Of a DNA stretch of 64,000 bases, positions 28,469 to 36,917 are shown piece by piece. The notes below the pieces were generated by a model. It did no database searches, was not told the origin of the DNA, and saw only the letters and a program-made list of their open reading frames with translations. This DNA is from a virus, in IMG/VR virus record IMGVR_UViG_3300008117_007749. One strand, written 5' to 3'. Position 1 is the first letter of the stretch; every line of letters starts with the position of its first letter. Made by a program: the position numbers and the translations under genes.

Positions 28469-29623
28469 ATGTTAAAAAGATTTTCAAACTTTATAAGAGA
28501 AGAATTATGGATTGAAGACATGGATAAACCTTCAGTAGATACTCTAAAAAGAAATTTACTTTTTAGATTAAATGAGTATCGAACATTTATTCTATCAAAC
28601 ATCAATTATAATTTAACAACGAATAAAGTAGAGTATAAAGAATTCGAAACAATCGATATTAAAGTAATGATAAGAGAACTAACTAATGAATTTACAGAAG
28701 AAGTTGTTCAAGAATTAAACTTAGAAGCATTTTTAAGAAAATTAAATCAAATATTAGAACTTAAAAAAAGAAATACTAAAAGAAAAGTTAGAGAATCCTT
28801 TGATGACTACTACAAGTCAATAGAAGTAAGAATTGACCAATTACATCAGACAGGAAAAACTGAAGATCATTTTGACCAATTTGAAGGAGAAGGTTCAATT
28901 TTAGGAAGAAGACAATATGAATCTGAAAAATATCAATTACAGGTTGAACTATTAAAACTTCAAGAATGGGTTAAGGCAAACGGAAAAAAAGTAGCAATTG
29001 TATTTGAAGGTAGAGATGCCGCAGGTAAAGGATCAACTATTAAAAGATTTGTTGAATATTTGGATCCAAAAGGATTTAAAGTTGTAGCACTAGGTGTTCC
29101 AACTGATGAGGAAAAAAACAATTGGTTCCAAAGATATGAGACACACTTGCCTAATTCAGGAGAAATAGTTTTCTTTGATAGAAGTTGGTACAATAGAGCA
29201 GTTGTTGAACCAGCTATGGGATATTGCACAGAAGAACAATATCAAGACTTTATGGATAAAGTTATAGATTGGGAAGAAAAACAAATCAGAAATGGTTTGA
29301 TACTTATAAAATTCTGGTTCTCAATTACGCAAGATAAACAAATTAAAAGATTTGAATTAAGACAAAAATCACCACTTAAATATTGGAAGTTCTCTCCAAA
29401 CGACGCAAAAGTATTAGACAAATGGGAAGTTATTGGAAACTTTAAAAGACAGATGTTTCAACAAACTTCATCTAGATTGTCTCCTTGGGTTATTATTAAC
29501 TCAAATGATAAAAAGATTGGTAGGTTAAACGCTATGAGATATGTTATATCTAAAGTAGACTATTCTGATAAAAATCCAGAAATGAGTAAATACTACCCTG
29601 AAGTAGTTAATATTCTGATTTAA
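28469..29623 (+). CDS. ppk2: Polyphosphate kinase 2 with ~140-aa N-terminal extension
   Basis: IVFEGRDAAGKGSTIKR (Walker A), FFDRSWYNRA, KFWFSI, PLKYWKFSPND; leader MLKRFSNFIREE; promoter at 28455. Confidence 0.93.
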   Translation: MLKRFSNFIREELWIEDMDKPSVDTLKRNLLFRLNEYRTFILSNINYNLTTNKVEYKEFETIDIKVMIRELTNEFTEEVVQELNLEAFLRKLNQILELKKRNTKRKVRESFDDYYKSIEVRIDQLHQTGKTEDHFDQFEGEGSILGRRQYESEKYQLQVELLKLQEWVKANGKKVAIVFEGRDAAGKGSTIKRFVEYLDPKGFKVVALGVPTDEEKNNWFQRYETHLPNSGEIVFFDRSWYNRAVVEPAMGYCTEEQYQDFMDKVIDWEEKQIRNGLILIKFWFSITQDKQIKRFELRQKSPLKYWKFSPNDAKVLDKWEVIGNFKRQMFQQTSSRLSPWVIINSNDKKIGRLNAMRYVISKVDYSDKNPEMSKYYPEVVNILI

Positions 29624-29656
29624 TAATATAATATATACAAAAAACAAAACAAAATT

Positions 29657-30388
29657 ATGAAAGTTATTCAAAAATTTGAAAGTTATATGTCTAGAGAAGA
29701 AATGTGTAGTGCTCTTTGCAGATGTGGATATACTATGAGCGAACTCGAAGAATGTTCAAATCAAGAACTTGAAGAAATGTGTAGAGCAACAGAGGAAGAA
29801 AACTATATAAATAATAACACTATGACTCAGGAGAAGAAAGGAGAAAAATGGATTAAAGACGCTATCAAAAATCCAGGATCTTTAAGAAAATCTATGGACA
29901 AAAAAGAAGGAGAAAAAATTTCAAAGAAAGAAATTGACTCCGAACTAGAGGCTCTAAAAGGAAAAGACAAAGATCCTAAGAAAAAAGGAGTACAAGGTCT
30001 TTCTAAAAATGATTTAGCAAAATACAGAAAATTAAATTTAGCAAAAACACTTAAAGGACTAAAAGAACACCAGAATACACAAAATTATATGTTTTTTGGA
30101 AATTTAAAAACAATTAAAAGATTAGTTGATGAGATGTTAGAAATGGATGAATCTGAAGTTGATGCTAAATTATCAAATGGTCACAACTGGGCATTAGATC
30201 ATATTGCAACATCTAAAGATGATATCGAGGAAGTATTCAATTTCTTAGCTGGTCACGATGTACCATCTGAAGACCAAGGACATCATCATTATGATGAACC
30301 ATCACACGAAGAGACCGAGAGTCATTTGGCTAATAAAGATTTAGAAGATGAAATGAAAAATATAAAAAGTTTTGGAAACTTTAAATAA
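29657..30388 (+). CDS. Putative internal head protein
   Basis: MKVIQKFESY leader; KWIKDAIKNPGSLR; NYMFFGNL...GHNWALDHI; C-terminal IKSFGNF. Confidence 0.65.
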   Translation: MKVIQKFESYMSREEMCSALCRCGYTMSELEECSNQELEEMCRATEEENYINNNTMTQEKKGEKWIKDAIKNPGSLRKSMDKKEGEKISKKEIDSELEALKGKDKDPKKKGVQGLSKNDLAKYRKLNLAKTLKGLKEHQNTQNYMFFGNLKTIKRLVDEMLEMDESEVDAKLSNGHNWALDHIATSKDDIEEVFNFLAGHDVPSEDQGHHHYDEPSHEETESHLANKDLEDEMKNIKSFGNFK

Positions 30389-30419
30389 AAAAAACCCAGT
30401 CAAAATGACTGGGTTTTTT
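30387..30419. terminator. Bidirectional rho-independent terminator
   Basis: AAAAACCCAGTCA-aaa-TGACTGGGTTTTT between convergent genes. Confidence 0.85.
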
Positions 30420-30422
30420 ATT

Positions 30423-31157
30423 TTAGAATAAATCTTTTTCATCTAAAAGAGTATAAGTAAATTTGTTTTTTGTTACAGTTTTAAACTTCTCACAAACATT
30501 CATAACTTCTTCTTTATGAAGCCAATGTGAAAATACCTGACAACCAGCAGACCACTTACCGATTTTTGCAGATGAACCAGCTTTATTAGATCCGTGAATA
30601 TTAATACCAAATAATCCAGTCTCAACTTTTGATTCATTCAACTGATAATTGTTATCCTTATTTGAATCTCTATAAACCGTAACTTTTCCGGTTTGAACCA
30701 AAGCTCTGTGGTCTGTTTTTTGTTGGTGAAATCCTAAAGACCAACAATCAACCCATTGATTTGGCTTAAGAATAGCTGTTCCTAATTTACTCATAGGGTT
30801 ATTTAGCCAATAAACACCCGGATTAGTTGTGTTGGGAAATATTTTAATAACTTCTTGACCAGCGACTTTACTATACTCAGCTAAAGCGAAATCGGTATTT
30901 TTACCAGCTACTCCATCCTCAGCTAACGTTTTCCCATTAGCACCTTTGAATCCATAAGAGTTAAGAAATTGTTGTTTACCTTTTAGGTCTAAATTATCAG
31001 CCATTTTGGGTATTTGATAAGCAAGACAAAAAAAGTCGTTAAATGAATCCGGAACATCTAATGTTGCTCTTACTCCGATTAAATTTGGTCTGTCGGTATA
31101 CCATTTGTAGCCCTTTTTTGATAGGACTGATTTTAATAAATCAATTGTTATGTTCAT
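30423..31157 (-). CDS. Putative endolysin: L,D-transpeptidase (YkuD)-like domain with a peptidoglycan-binding insert
   Basis: GINIHG-x-KIGKWSAGCQV His/Cys motif; EDGVAGKNT PG-binding motif. Confidence 0.65.
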   Translation of the reverse strand: MNITIDLLKSVLSKKGYKWYTDRPNLIGVRATLDVPDSFNDFFCLAYQIPKMADNLDLKGKQQFLNSYGFKGANGKTLAEDGVAGKNTDFALAEYSKVAGQEVIKIFPNTTNPGVYWLNNPMSKLGTAILKPNQWVDCWSLGFHQQKTDHRALVQTGKVTVYRDSNKDNNYQLNESKVETGLFGINIHGSNKAGSSAKIGKWSAGCQVFSHWLHKEEVMNVCEKFKTVTKNKFTYTLLDEKDLF

Positions 31158-31260
31158 AATAGTTATTCTTTTTTAGTATATATCAAAACAATTTTCTAAA
31201 TTTTTACTAAAATCATTATGAGATTTTTTCAGTCTCAATAAATATAATACTTTAGACAGT

Positions 31261-31677
31261 ATGGATAAGTTAGATAAATTTTTACATTTTTTTTTAGACA
31301 ACATTGATGACAAAAGAATCTCAGTATCAAAAAAAATGAAATATGGATTTAGATTCTACTACATAACTTTTGTAGTCGATGAAGATCCAATAAAAAAATC
31401 AACTCAGTTATATCAATATAGAGAAAATATGGAAGTTATATTTGATAATAGAAACGGATGTATAGAAATATTTGGAGGATACGAAAACCACCCTCTTATT
31501 GTTGAAGACAAAATACTTTTAGAAAAATGGTCTAAAATATTAGAAAGCGTTGTAAATGAAAATTTAGAAGAAAGAGTGGTTGATGTTTTTGAAAAAACAC
31601 TTAATGAGTGTTATAATAAAAATTTATATAGAGAATTACAAATGAAAAAAATATTTAAAGAAGATGAATCCGTATAA
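31261..31677 (+). CDS. Hypothetical protein (C-terminal RELQMKKIF motif)
   Basis: ORF track. Confidence 0.65.
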   Translation: MDKLDKFLHFFLDNIDDKRISVSKKMKYGFRFYYITFVVDEDPIKKSTQLYQYRENMEVIFDNRNGCIEIFGGYENHPLIVEDKILLEKWSKILESVVNENLEERVVDVFEKTLNECYNKNLYRELQMKKIFKEDESV

Positions 31678-32158
31678 CCAAGATGAATTCGATAGGATTG
31701 GTAAAGTTAAAGAAACTAACGATAAATTAGAAGAGTTCTTTAATGACAAAAGATCCGAGTGGAACAAAAATGTAGAACCACTCTTTAAAATAATAAGAGT
31801 TGATTTAACCAATCCTTCCTCCGCGAAGGACATAATGGAAGCTCAATCATCGGCTCTGTCTTATAGACAAGCAATCAGCGAACAAATTAATTTCTTCTTA
31901 AATAAACGCAGTAAAGAAACAACTAAGATTAAGAGACTTAGACAAGATAAATTTATATTTTATGCAACAGGATTTGGTGTTAAAACAAACCTAGGAGAAA
32001 AAGGAATCTTAATTGATGGCCATTTAGCTGAAAATGATAGAAGTCTTGAACTTATTGAATCTTATATCGAATTCTTAAGAGACACCACAAAGAATCTAGA
32101 AAGTTTAAGTTATTCAATTAAGAATATGATTGAATTGATGAATTATTTAGGTCGTTAA
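31664..32158 (+). CDS. UvsY-like recombination mediator
   Basis: Helical protein ending IEFLRDTTKNLESLSYSIKNMIEL, resembling UvsY C-termini; UvsW is in the window. Confidence 0.5.
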   Translation: MNPYNQDEFDRIGKVKETNDKLEEFFNDKRSEWNKNVEPLFKIIRVDLTNPSSAKDIMEAQSSALSYRQAISEQINFFLNKRSKETTKIKRLRQDKFIFYATGFGVKTNLGEKGILIDGHLAENDRSLELIESYIEFLRDTTKNLESLSYSIKNMIELMNYLGR

Positions 32159-33273
32159 TCGACTTTTTTATTCCATTTAGTTTCGATACGCAGATCTTTT
32201 AGAGCTTGGTGACCTGATGAACATTCAGAACATAACACTTTATCACCGTCCCAGTTTGTTGTGATAACATCACCTTCACAATCTTCACATCTTTCTCTTT
32301 CACCATAAACACTATGTAAGTAATAACAATTTTTGTCAGATAAATTAGACAAACTATCTTTATCTTTACTTAAAAAACACATAGTATCAACATAAGGATA
32401 CATATTAAAGTCGCCTTTTAACTTTAATTTAACTTCACCGGATACTTCTTCGCCTTTATAAATGAAACGAACGCTATCACTATCATGTGATGAAATAACT
32501 TTCTTATAAAACCAACCTTCTGTATCCGCAAATTGTTTAAATCTATTAACATCCGAATCTCGGTTAGCATAAACTCTATCCATAAAGTATTTAGAATCAC
32601 AAGGTGATTTTTTAACCTTCCAGACAAGAGCTCTTCCATGAATTTTATCATCAGAATCAACATAAATAAGAAGTTTTACTTTATCTGGATTTTCAGTATA
32701 AATCTTAAAAGTTCTTTTACCTTCATCTCTCATACAAGAACTTCCTAAAGTTCCTTTTCGACTGTAATATTTATTTTCATCATAATATTTTGCAATATCT
32801 TCACCAGATACTAATTTGAATTGAATCGTTGATACTTCCGTAGAAGCTTTCCAAGAATTTACAAAAGACTCTCTATCAGAATCACTCACGTTAATTCCTC
32901 TTAAAGAACAAATATAATTTACAATTTTACCAATTTTTACCTCACCTCTGCCGGGCATTGTATAAGGAAAATTAGGATTATCATAAATTTCATCTTTTTT
33001 AGAATTTACCTTTGATTGATTTATAAACCCAACCATATCTTCAGAATCAACTAAATCAAAATAGTTTTGTTTAATTTTATCATCTGGGAAATACTGCTCA
33101 CTCTCTATTATATCTAATATTTGATCGGCAATTTCACCTACTTTACCTGGTTGTTTTACTAATGATTTTAATTTAAATAAAAAATCAGTCGTGCTATAAA
33201 CTCGACCTTCTAAAAGAGAAAAGATTTCAAACTTTAGTTTTTCTAATATAAAACCATCGTATTTTGTTATCAT
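32155..33273 (-). CDS. Conserved phage protein (SCMR...GRALVW...MDRVY...PYVDT) with C-terminal Zn finger and capsid-targeting-like leader
   Basis: Motifs seen in translation; MITKYDGFILE; CEDC...CSEC. Confidence 0.7.
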   Translation of the reverse strand: MITKYDGFILEKLKFEIFSLLEGRVYSTTDFLFKLKSLVKQPGKVGEIADQILDIIESEQYFPDDKIKQNYFDLVDSEDMVGFINQSKVNSKKDEIYDNPNFPYTMPGRGEVKIGKIVNYICSLRGINVSDSDRESFVNSWKASTEVSTIQFKLVSGEDIAKYYDENKYYSRKGTLGSSCMRDEGKRTFKIYTENPDKVKLLIYVDSDDKIHGRALVWKVKKSPCDSKYFMDRVYANRDSDVNRFKQFADTEGWFYKKVISSHDSDSVRFIYKGEEVSGEVKLKLKGDFNMYPYVDTMCFLSKDKDSLSNLSDKNCYYLHSVYGERERCEDCEGDVITTNWDGDKVLCSECSSGHQALKDLRIETKWNKKVD

Positions 33274-33299
33274 ATAATCGTATATATTATTTTCTATAC

Positions 33300-33662
33300 A
33301 TGGAATATCCTAAATTTAAATTAAACAAAGATTGGAACATTGAATCAGAGTTTGCTGGAGTCAAAAACAAGGTTCTTATATTTTCATCGGGTCACATTTT
33401 TGAATCAAATGAAGATGGTGAGTATGTAATTGAATGGATTGGCGGTAGAATGTCGTTTGACGAGGATCAAATGAGATTAAATAAAGACCTATTTACTCCG
33501 ATAGAAATTAGAAATGATATTGAAATACATATTGAGGAGATTCCAGAAGATGATGACATCTTAGTTAGAAATTGGAGAATTCAACTAGATGTAAAAACAA
33601 CTCGTAAAAAACTAAAAGAAGTTCAGAAGATTATAGAAGAATATGTAAAACCTATTTTATAG
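33300..33662 (+). CDS. Hypothetical protein
   Basis: ATG at 33300 preferred over the overlapping TTG start. Confidence 0.65.
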   Translation: MEYPKFKLNKDWNIESEFAGVKNKVLIFSSGHIFESNEDGEYVIEWIGGRMSFDEDQMRLNKDLFTPIEIRNDIEIHIEEIPEDDDILVRNWRIQLDVKTTRKKLKEVQKIIEEYVKPIL

Positions 33663-33663
33663 A

Positions 33664-34362
33664 TTACTTCTTTCTTTTCTTCTTTCTTGCTTTAGCAGCT
33701 TTTGCTTTTGTCCATAAATCAGCGTCTGCTTTTCTTGCTCCACCAGCGCCAGTAATGAATGAATTAACTCTACCCATTCCCCATTGATGTTGAGCAACCC
33801 CTGGTCTATGACCAGCATTCCAAGCTTGCATTCCTTTAGAAAAAACTTTTCTTAAAATACCAACAGGAATTCCAGAAGCTTTTGATTTCTTTTTAAGAGA
33901 AGCGGTTACTCCAGACTTTTTAGATTCATCCAATCCTTCTAATTCATCAGAAACACTACCATGTTTATTTATAGTATCGATAATTTGTTTAACAACATAA
34001 ACTTCCAAATCCAACTCAATTGCAATTTGATCTTCAGTAAGACCCATTTCTAAAAGTTCTCTAACATCTTCCATATCAGCATGTGTAAAATCCTCAAATG
34101 TATAAGACTCGTAATAATCACCTTCTTCTTCCTCTCTTGGGTTGTAAGGTCCTCCTATCCAATTTTCATCACTAGTAGATTCTCTGTCTAATTCAGATAT
34201 CCAATCTTCGGTTTCTAAGGAATGGAATAACTCCTCTAATTCATCATCAGTCATTGCCTCAAGTTCTTCTCTTTCGAATGTAGATGTTGAAGAAAGAGTC
34301 TCAATCATTTCTTCTCTATTTAATGGTTCTCTAAAACTCTCAAATGTTTTTAAGTATCTCAT
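33664..34362 (-). CDS. Putative internal head protein with basic C-terminal GHRPG domain
   Basis: Probable start MRYLKTFESF at 34362; SGIPVGILRKVF...AWNAGHRPG...QWGMGRVNSF. Confidence 0.7.
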   Translation of the reverse strand: MRYLKTFESFREPLNREEMIETLSSTSTFEREELEAMTDDELEELFHSLETEDWISELDRESTSDENWIGGPYNPREEEEGDYYESYTFEDFTHADMEDVRELLEMGLTEDQIAIELDLEVYVVKQIIDTINKHGSVSDELEGLDESKKSGVTASLKKKSKASGIPVGILRKVFSKGMQAWNAGHRPGVAQHQWGMGRVNSFITGAGGARKADADLWTKAKAAKARKKKRKK

Positions 34363-34375
34363 ATATTTAATTTTT

Positions 34376-34921
34376 TTATTTATTTCCAAACATTTTTTGG
34401 TATGCTTTAGTTGCTGCTGATTTTTTAGTTTTAACTCTTTTACCCTCACCTCCTTTACCAGACGAGTAATCAGCATCCCAGTCTTTTTTATACTCTTTTT
34501 TTCCTCTAAATGTGTCAATTTCTTTCTTCATTTTACCAGGATTTTTAGTTAAATATTTTCCTGGAATTTTACGGCCTTTATACTTTTGTGCTTTAACTCT
34601 TTCGGATATTCCCAAAATTCCTTGAATGTCTTTTTCAATAATATCTAGCCCTTCATCAATAGAATCCACATAAGTTTGAAAATCAGTAGTATCACCAACA
34701 AACTTTGCTACATACATTTGATCTATATCAAATTCATACCTTATAGATAAATCATCTTTTGTAAAATTTACAACCACCTCGTGATCAGACTTATTTTCCC
34801 ACTCATAAATGATACTATTATCAGAAAGACCATCGATAAGGTCTTTTAATTCTTGCATCTTAGCATCAATAACATTGTCGCTATTTTCAATGAACTCTCT
34901 GAATAATTTTATTTTTTTCAT
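34376..34921 (-). CDS. Putative internal head protein
   Basis: MKKIKLFREFIENS leader; acidic N-half, basic C-half ending TKKSAATKAYQKMFG; promoter at 34927. Confidence 0.7.
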   Translation of the reverse strand: MKKIKLFREFIENSDNVIDAKMQELKDLIDGLSDNSIIYEWENKSDHEVVVNFTKDDLSIRYEFDIDQMYVAKFVGDTTDFQTYVDSIDEGLDIIEKDIQGILGISERVKAQKYKGRKIPGKYLTKNPGKMKKEIDTFRGKKEYKKDWDADYSSGKGGEGKRVKTKKSAATKAYQKMFGNK

Positions 34922-34972
34922 ATCGATATATATTAAATAAACAAATTCATTTCTTTATAATATCATGTTTAT

Positions 34973-35746
34973 ATGGCTAATAAGATTAAATTCGTATTTA
35001 AATCAGATAAAATTTCTGAATTCATTGAGAGATTAGAAGATCTTACTAAAATCGAAGATACTATAAAACTCAAAATAGATTCAGATAATATTCTTATGTA
35101 CTCTATTCTTGGAGGAAATGTTATGTTGGCTTTTAAAAATTTTTTGTTAAAAACTGATGACTTCTTCAATTTTGATGAATTCGATTTTACTTTAGATATT
35201 ATTATAGTAAATGCTAAAAAATTTGTTAAAAACTTAAATTTTTTGACTTCATCTGACAAAGTTACAATCGAATATACTTACAAAGAATCAAACGATGATG
35301 ATAATATAATGAATGCTCGTTCAATGCAAGTTGTGGGTGGAAAATTAAAAGTAAATTGGTTAGCAGGAGAACATTATGAATTAAGGGATATTAATAAAAC
35401 TACACTAAGAAACAATCTTGATATCAAAAAAAGAATATGGTCTTTTAAAATTTCACAATGTGATTTCTCTGATGTAAAAAAACTATCAAATATAAATTCT
35501 GATAGAATTATCAATATAAATATTGATAACGGTCGAGTAATTTTTTCCGAAAAGGCGGCATGGGAATTAGAAATAGACTCAATTGATGATGATAGAAATT
35601 CTAATTTAATGCTAAATAAAAGATTTTTATCATGTATAACTGATTCAAAAGATATAGAATTTAGCATTTTTGATAATTTTATGTTAATCCAAGAAGAAAA
35701 TTCTAATTTGATGCTATCCTTTGAACAAGATTTTTCCGACGATTAA
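34973..35746 (+). CDS. Putative DNA sliding clamp (PCNA/gp45-like)
   Basis: 257 aa, acidic, two-domain clamp-like pattern (FIERLEDL..IEDTIKLKID; VNAKKFVKNL; ISQCDFSDV; LNKRFLSCI). Confidence 0.55.
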   Translation: MANKIKFVFKSDKISEFIERLEDLTKIEDTIKLKIDSDNILMYSILGGNVMLAFKNFLLKTDDFFNFDEFDFTLDIIIVNAKKFVKNLNFLTSSDKVTIEYTYKESNDDDNIMNARSMQVVGGKLKVNWLAGEHYELRDINKTTLRNNLDIKKRIWSFKISQCDFSDVKKLSNINSDRIININIDNGRVIFSEKAAWELEIDSIDDDRNSNLMLNKRFLSCITDSKDIEFSIFDNFMLIQEENSNLMLSFEQDFSDD

Positions 35747-35778
35747 TATTTTTTATTATATTAGCTAAAAATATAACT

Positions 35779-36120
35779 ATGCTACCAAAAGACCGACAAA
35801 TCTGGAAATTAAAAAGAAAAATATCAATACTCATAATAACATCGCTTGCTTTAGTATATTGGATAAGACTCAATTATTCAGAAATAGAATCTCACCGATA
35901 TGAAGTTGAATCTTTGAATATGGATGTTCTTGAAAAAGAAACTATAATCAGAGATTTAAAAGAAAAATTAGACTCTATTAATAAAGTAAAAATTCAAACA
36001 ATTCAGAAGCCAAAAAATTTAATAAATAATAAAAAAATAATTCTGGAAAAAAAGGATACAGTGATTCCGCAAAAAATAGATAGTGTTCCACAAATAATAA
36101 TTGACACAACCTCTAATTGA
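35779..36120 (+). CDS. Single-pass membrane protein with coiled coil
   Basis: ISILIITSLALVYWI followed by heptads. Confidence 0.55.
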   Translation: MLPKDRQIWKLKRKISILIITSLALVYWIRLNYSEIESHRYEVESLNMDVLEKETIIRDLKEKLDSINKVKIQTIQKPKNLINNKKIILEKKDTVIPQKIDSVPQIIIDTTSN

Positions 36121-36134
36121 AATAAAAGTAATAA

Positions 36135-36674
36135 ATGAGAAACAACAATTTTAGAAAAAGACCCGAAATAAAAAGAAAACACAAAATAAATTCAGAACTT
36201 AATTTTCCTGAAGTAAGATTGGTTGGTCGGGGAGAGCCTTTTGTTATCTCTACATCTGAAGCACAAAAAATTGCAAACTCAGAGGAAAAAGATTTAATCC
36301 TAATTAACGAATCTCAAAATCCACCAATTGTTAGAATAGAAGACTATAATAAATTCTTATATGTATTAGAAAAGACAGAAAAAGAAAAAAAGAAGATTGC
36401 CAATAAATCTCAACTCAAAGAAATTCAACTATCTGTAAATATTTCAGATCACGATCTTGAAACAAAGGCAAAAAAAGGCAGAGAGTTTTTAAAAGACGGT
36501 GATAAAGTAAAAGTTGTTATTTCACTTAAAGGTCGTCAAAAAGCAAATCCTGAAAGAGGTGAATTAGTAATGCTTAAATTCACACAACTAGTTGAAGAGT
36601 TTGGAATTCCTGAAAGTATGCCTAAATTAGAAGGAGGTAAATGGTTGATGATGATGAAAACAAAAAAGAAGTAA
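36135..36674 (+). CDS. infC: Translation initiation factor IF-3
   Basis: HKIN...EVRLVG, PPIVRIEDYNKFLY, KEIQL...ISDHDLETK...FLKDGDKVKV...GRQ. Confidence 0.95.
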   Translation: MRNNNFRKRPEIKRKHKINSELNFPEVRLVGRGEPFVISTSEAQKIANSEEKDLILINESQNPPIVRIEDYNKFLYVLEKTEKEKKKIANKSQLKEIQLSVNISDHDLETKAKKGREFLKDGDKVKVVISLKGRQKANPERGELVMLKFTQLVEEFGIPESMPKLEGGKWLMMMKTKKK

Positions 36675-36675
36675 T

Positions 36676-36831
36676 TTAAAATACCTCTTCGTCACTACTT
36701 TCAAGTTCATAAATATACCCATTATAAACTATCCAAGTATTTGAACTTAAATTAAAAGTTCTTACATAGACTTCTACTACTCCATTTTTTTTGATTGTGA
36801 TTTTGTTTTCTGAAATTTTTACTGTACCCAT
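36676..36831 (-). CDS. Small hypothetical protein, 51 aa (MGTVKISENK...)
   Basis: Hand-found ORF filling the intergenic gap, preceded by TCAATATATA. Confidence 0.55.
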   Translation of the reverse strand: MGTVKISENKITIKKNGVVEVYVRTFNLSSNTWIVYNGYIYELESSDEEVF

Positions 36832-36886
36832 TAAACACCGTTATTTTTTCATATATATTGACTTTAAAATCGATTTTTTTTCAAAA

Positions 36887-36912
36887 AAACTTTTTTGGTT
36901 ATTGTAATATAA
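36887..36912 (+). promoter_or_regulatory. Putative non-late promoter AAACTT-N13-AATATAA
   Basis: Same boxes and spacing as 8684-8709. Confidence 0.5.
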
Positions 36913-36917
36913 AATTT

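Noticed and set aside
34363-34518. ORF-track upstream extensions (also 36858, 41250, 43007, 44730, 27502, 33264)
   Set aside because: They overlap neighbouring genes or promoters; downstream ATGs fit the motifs better
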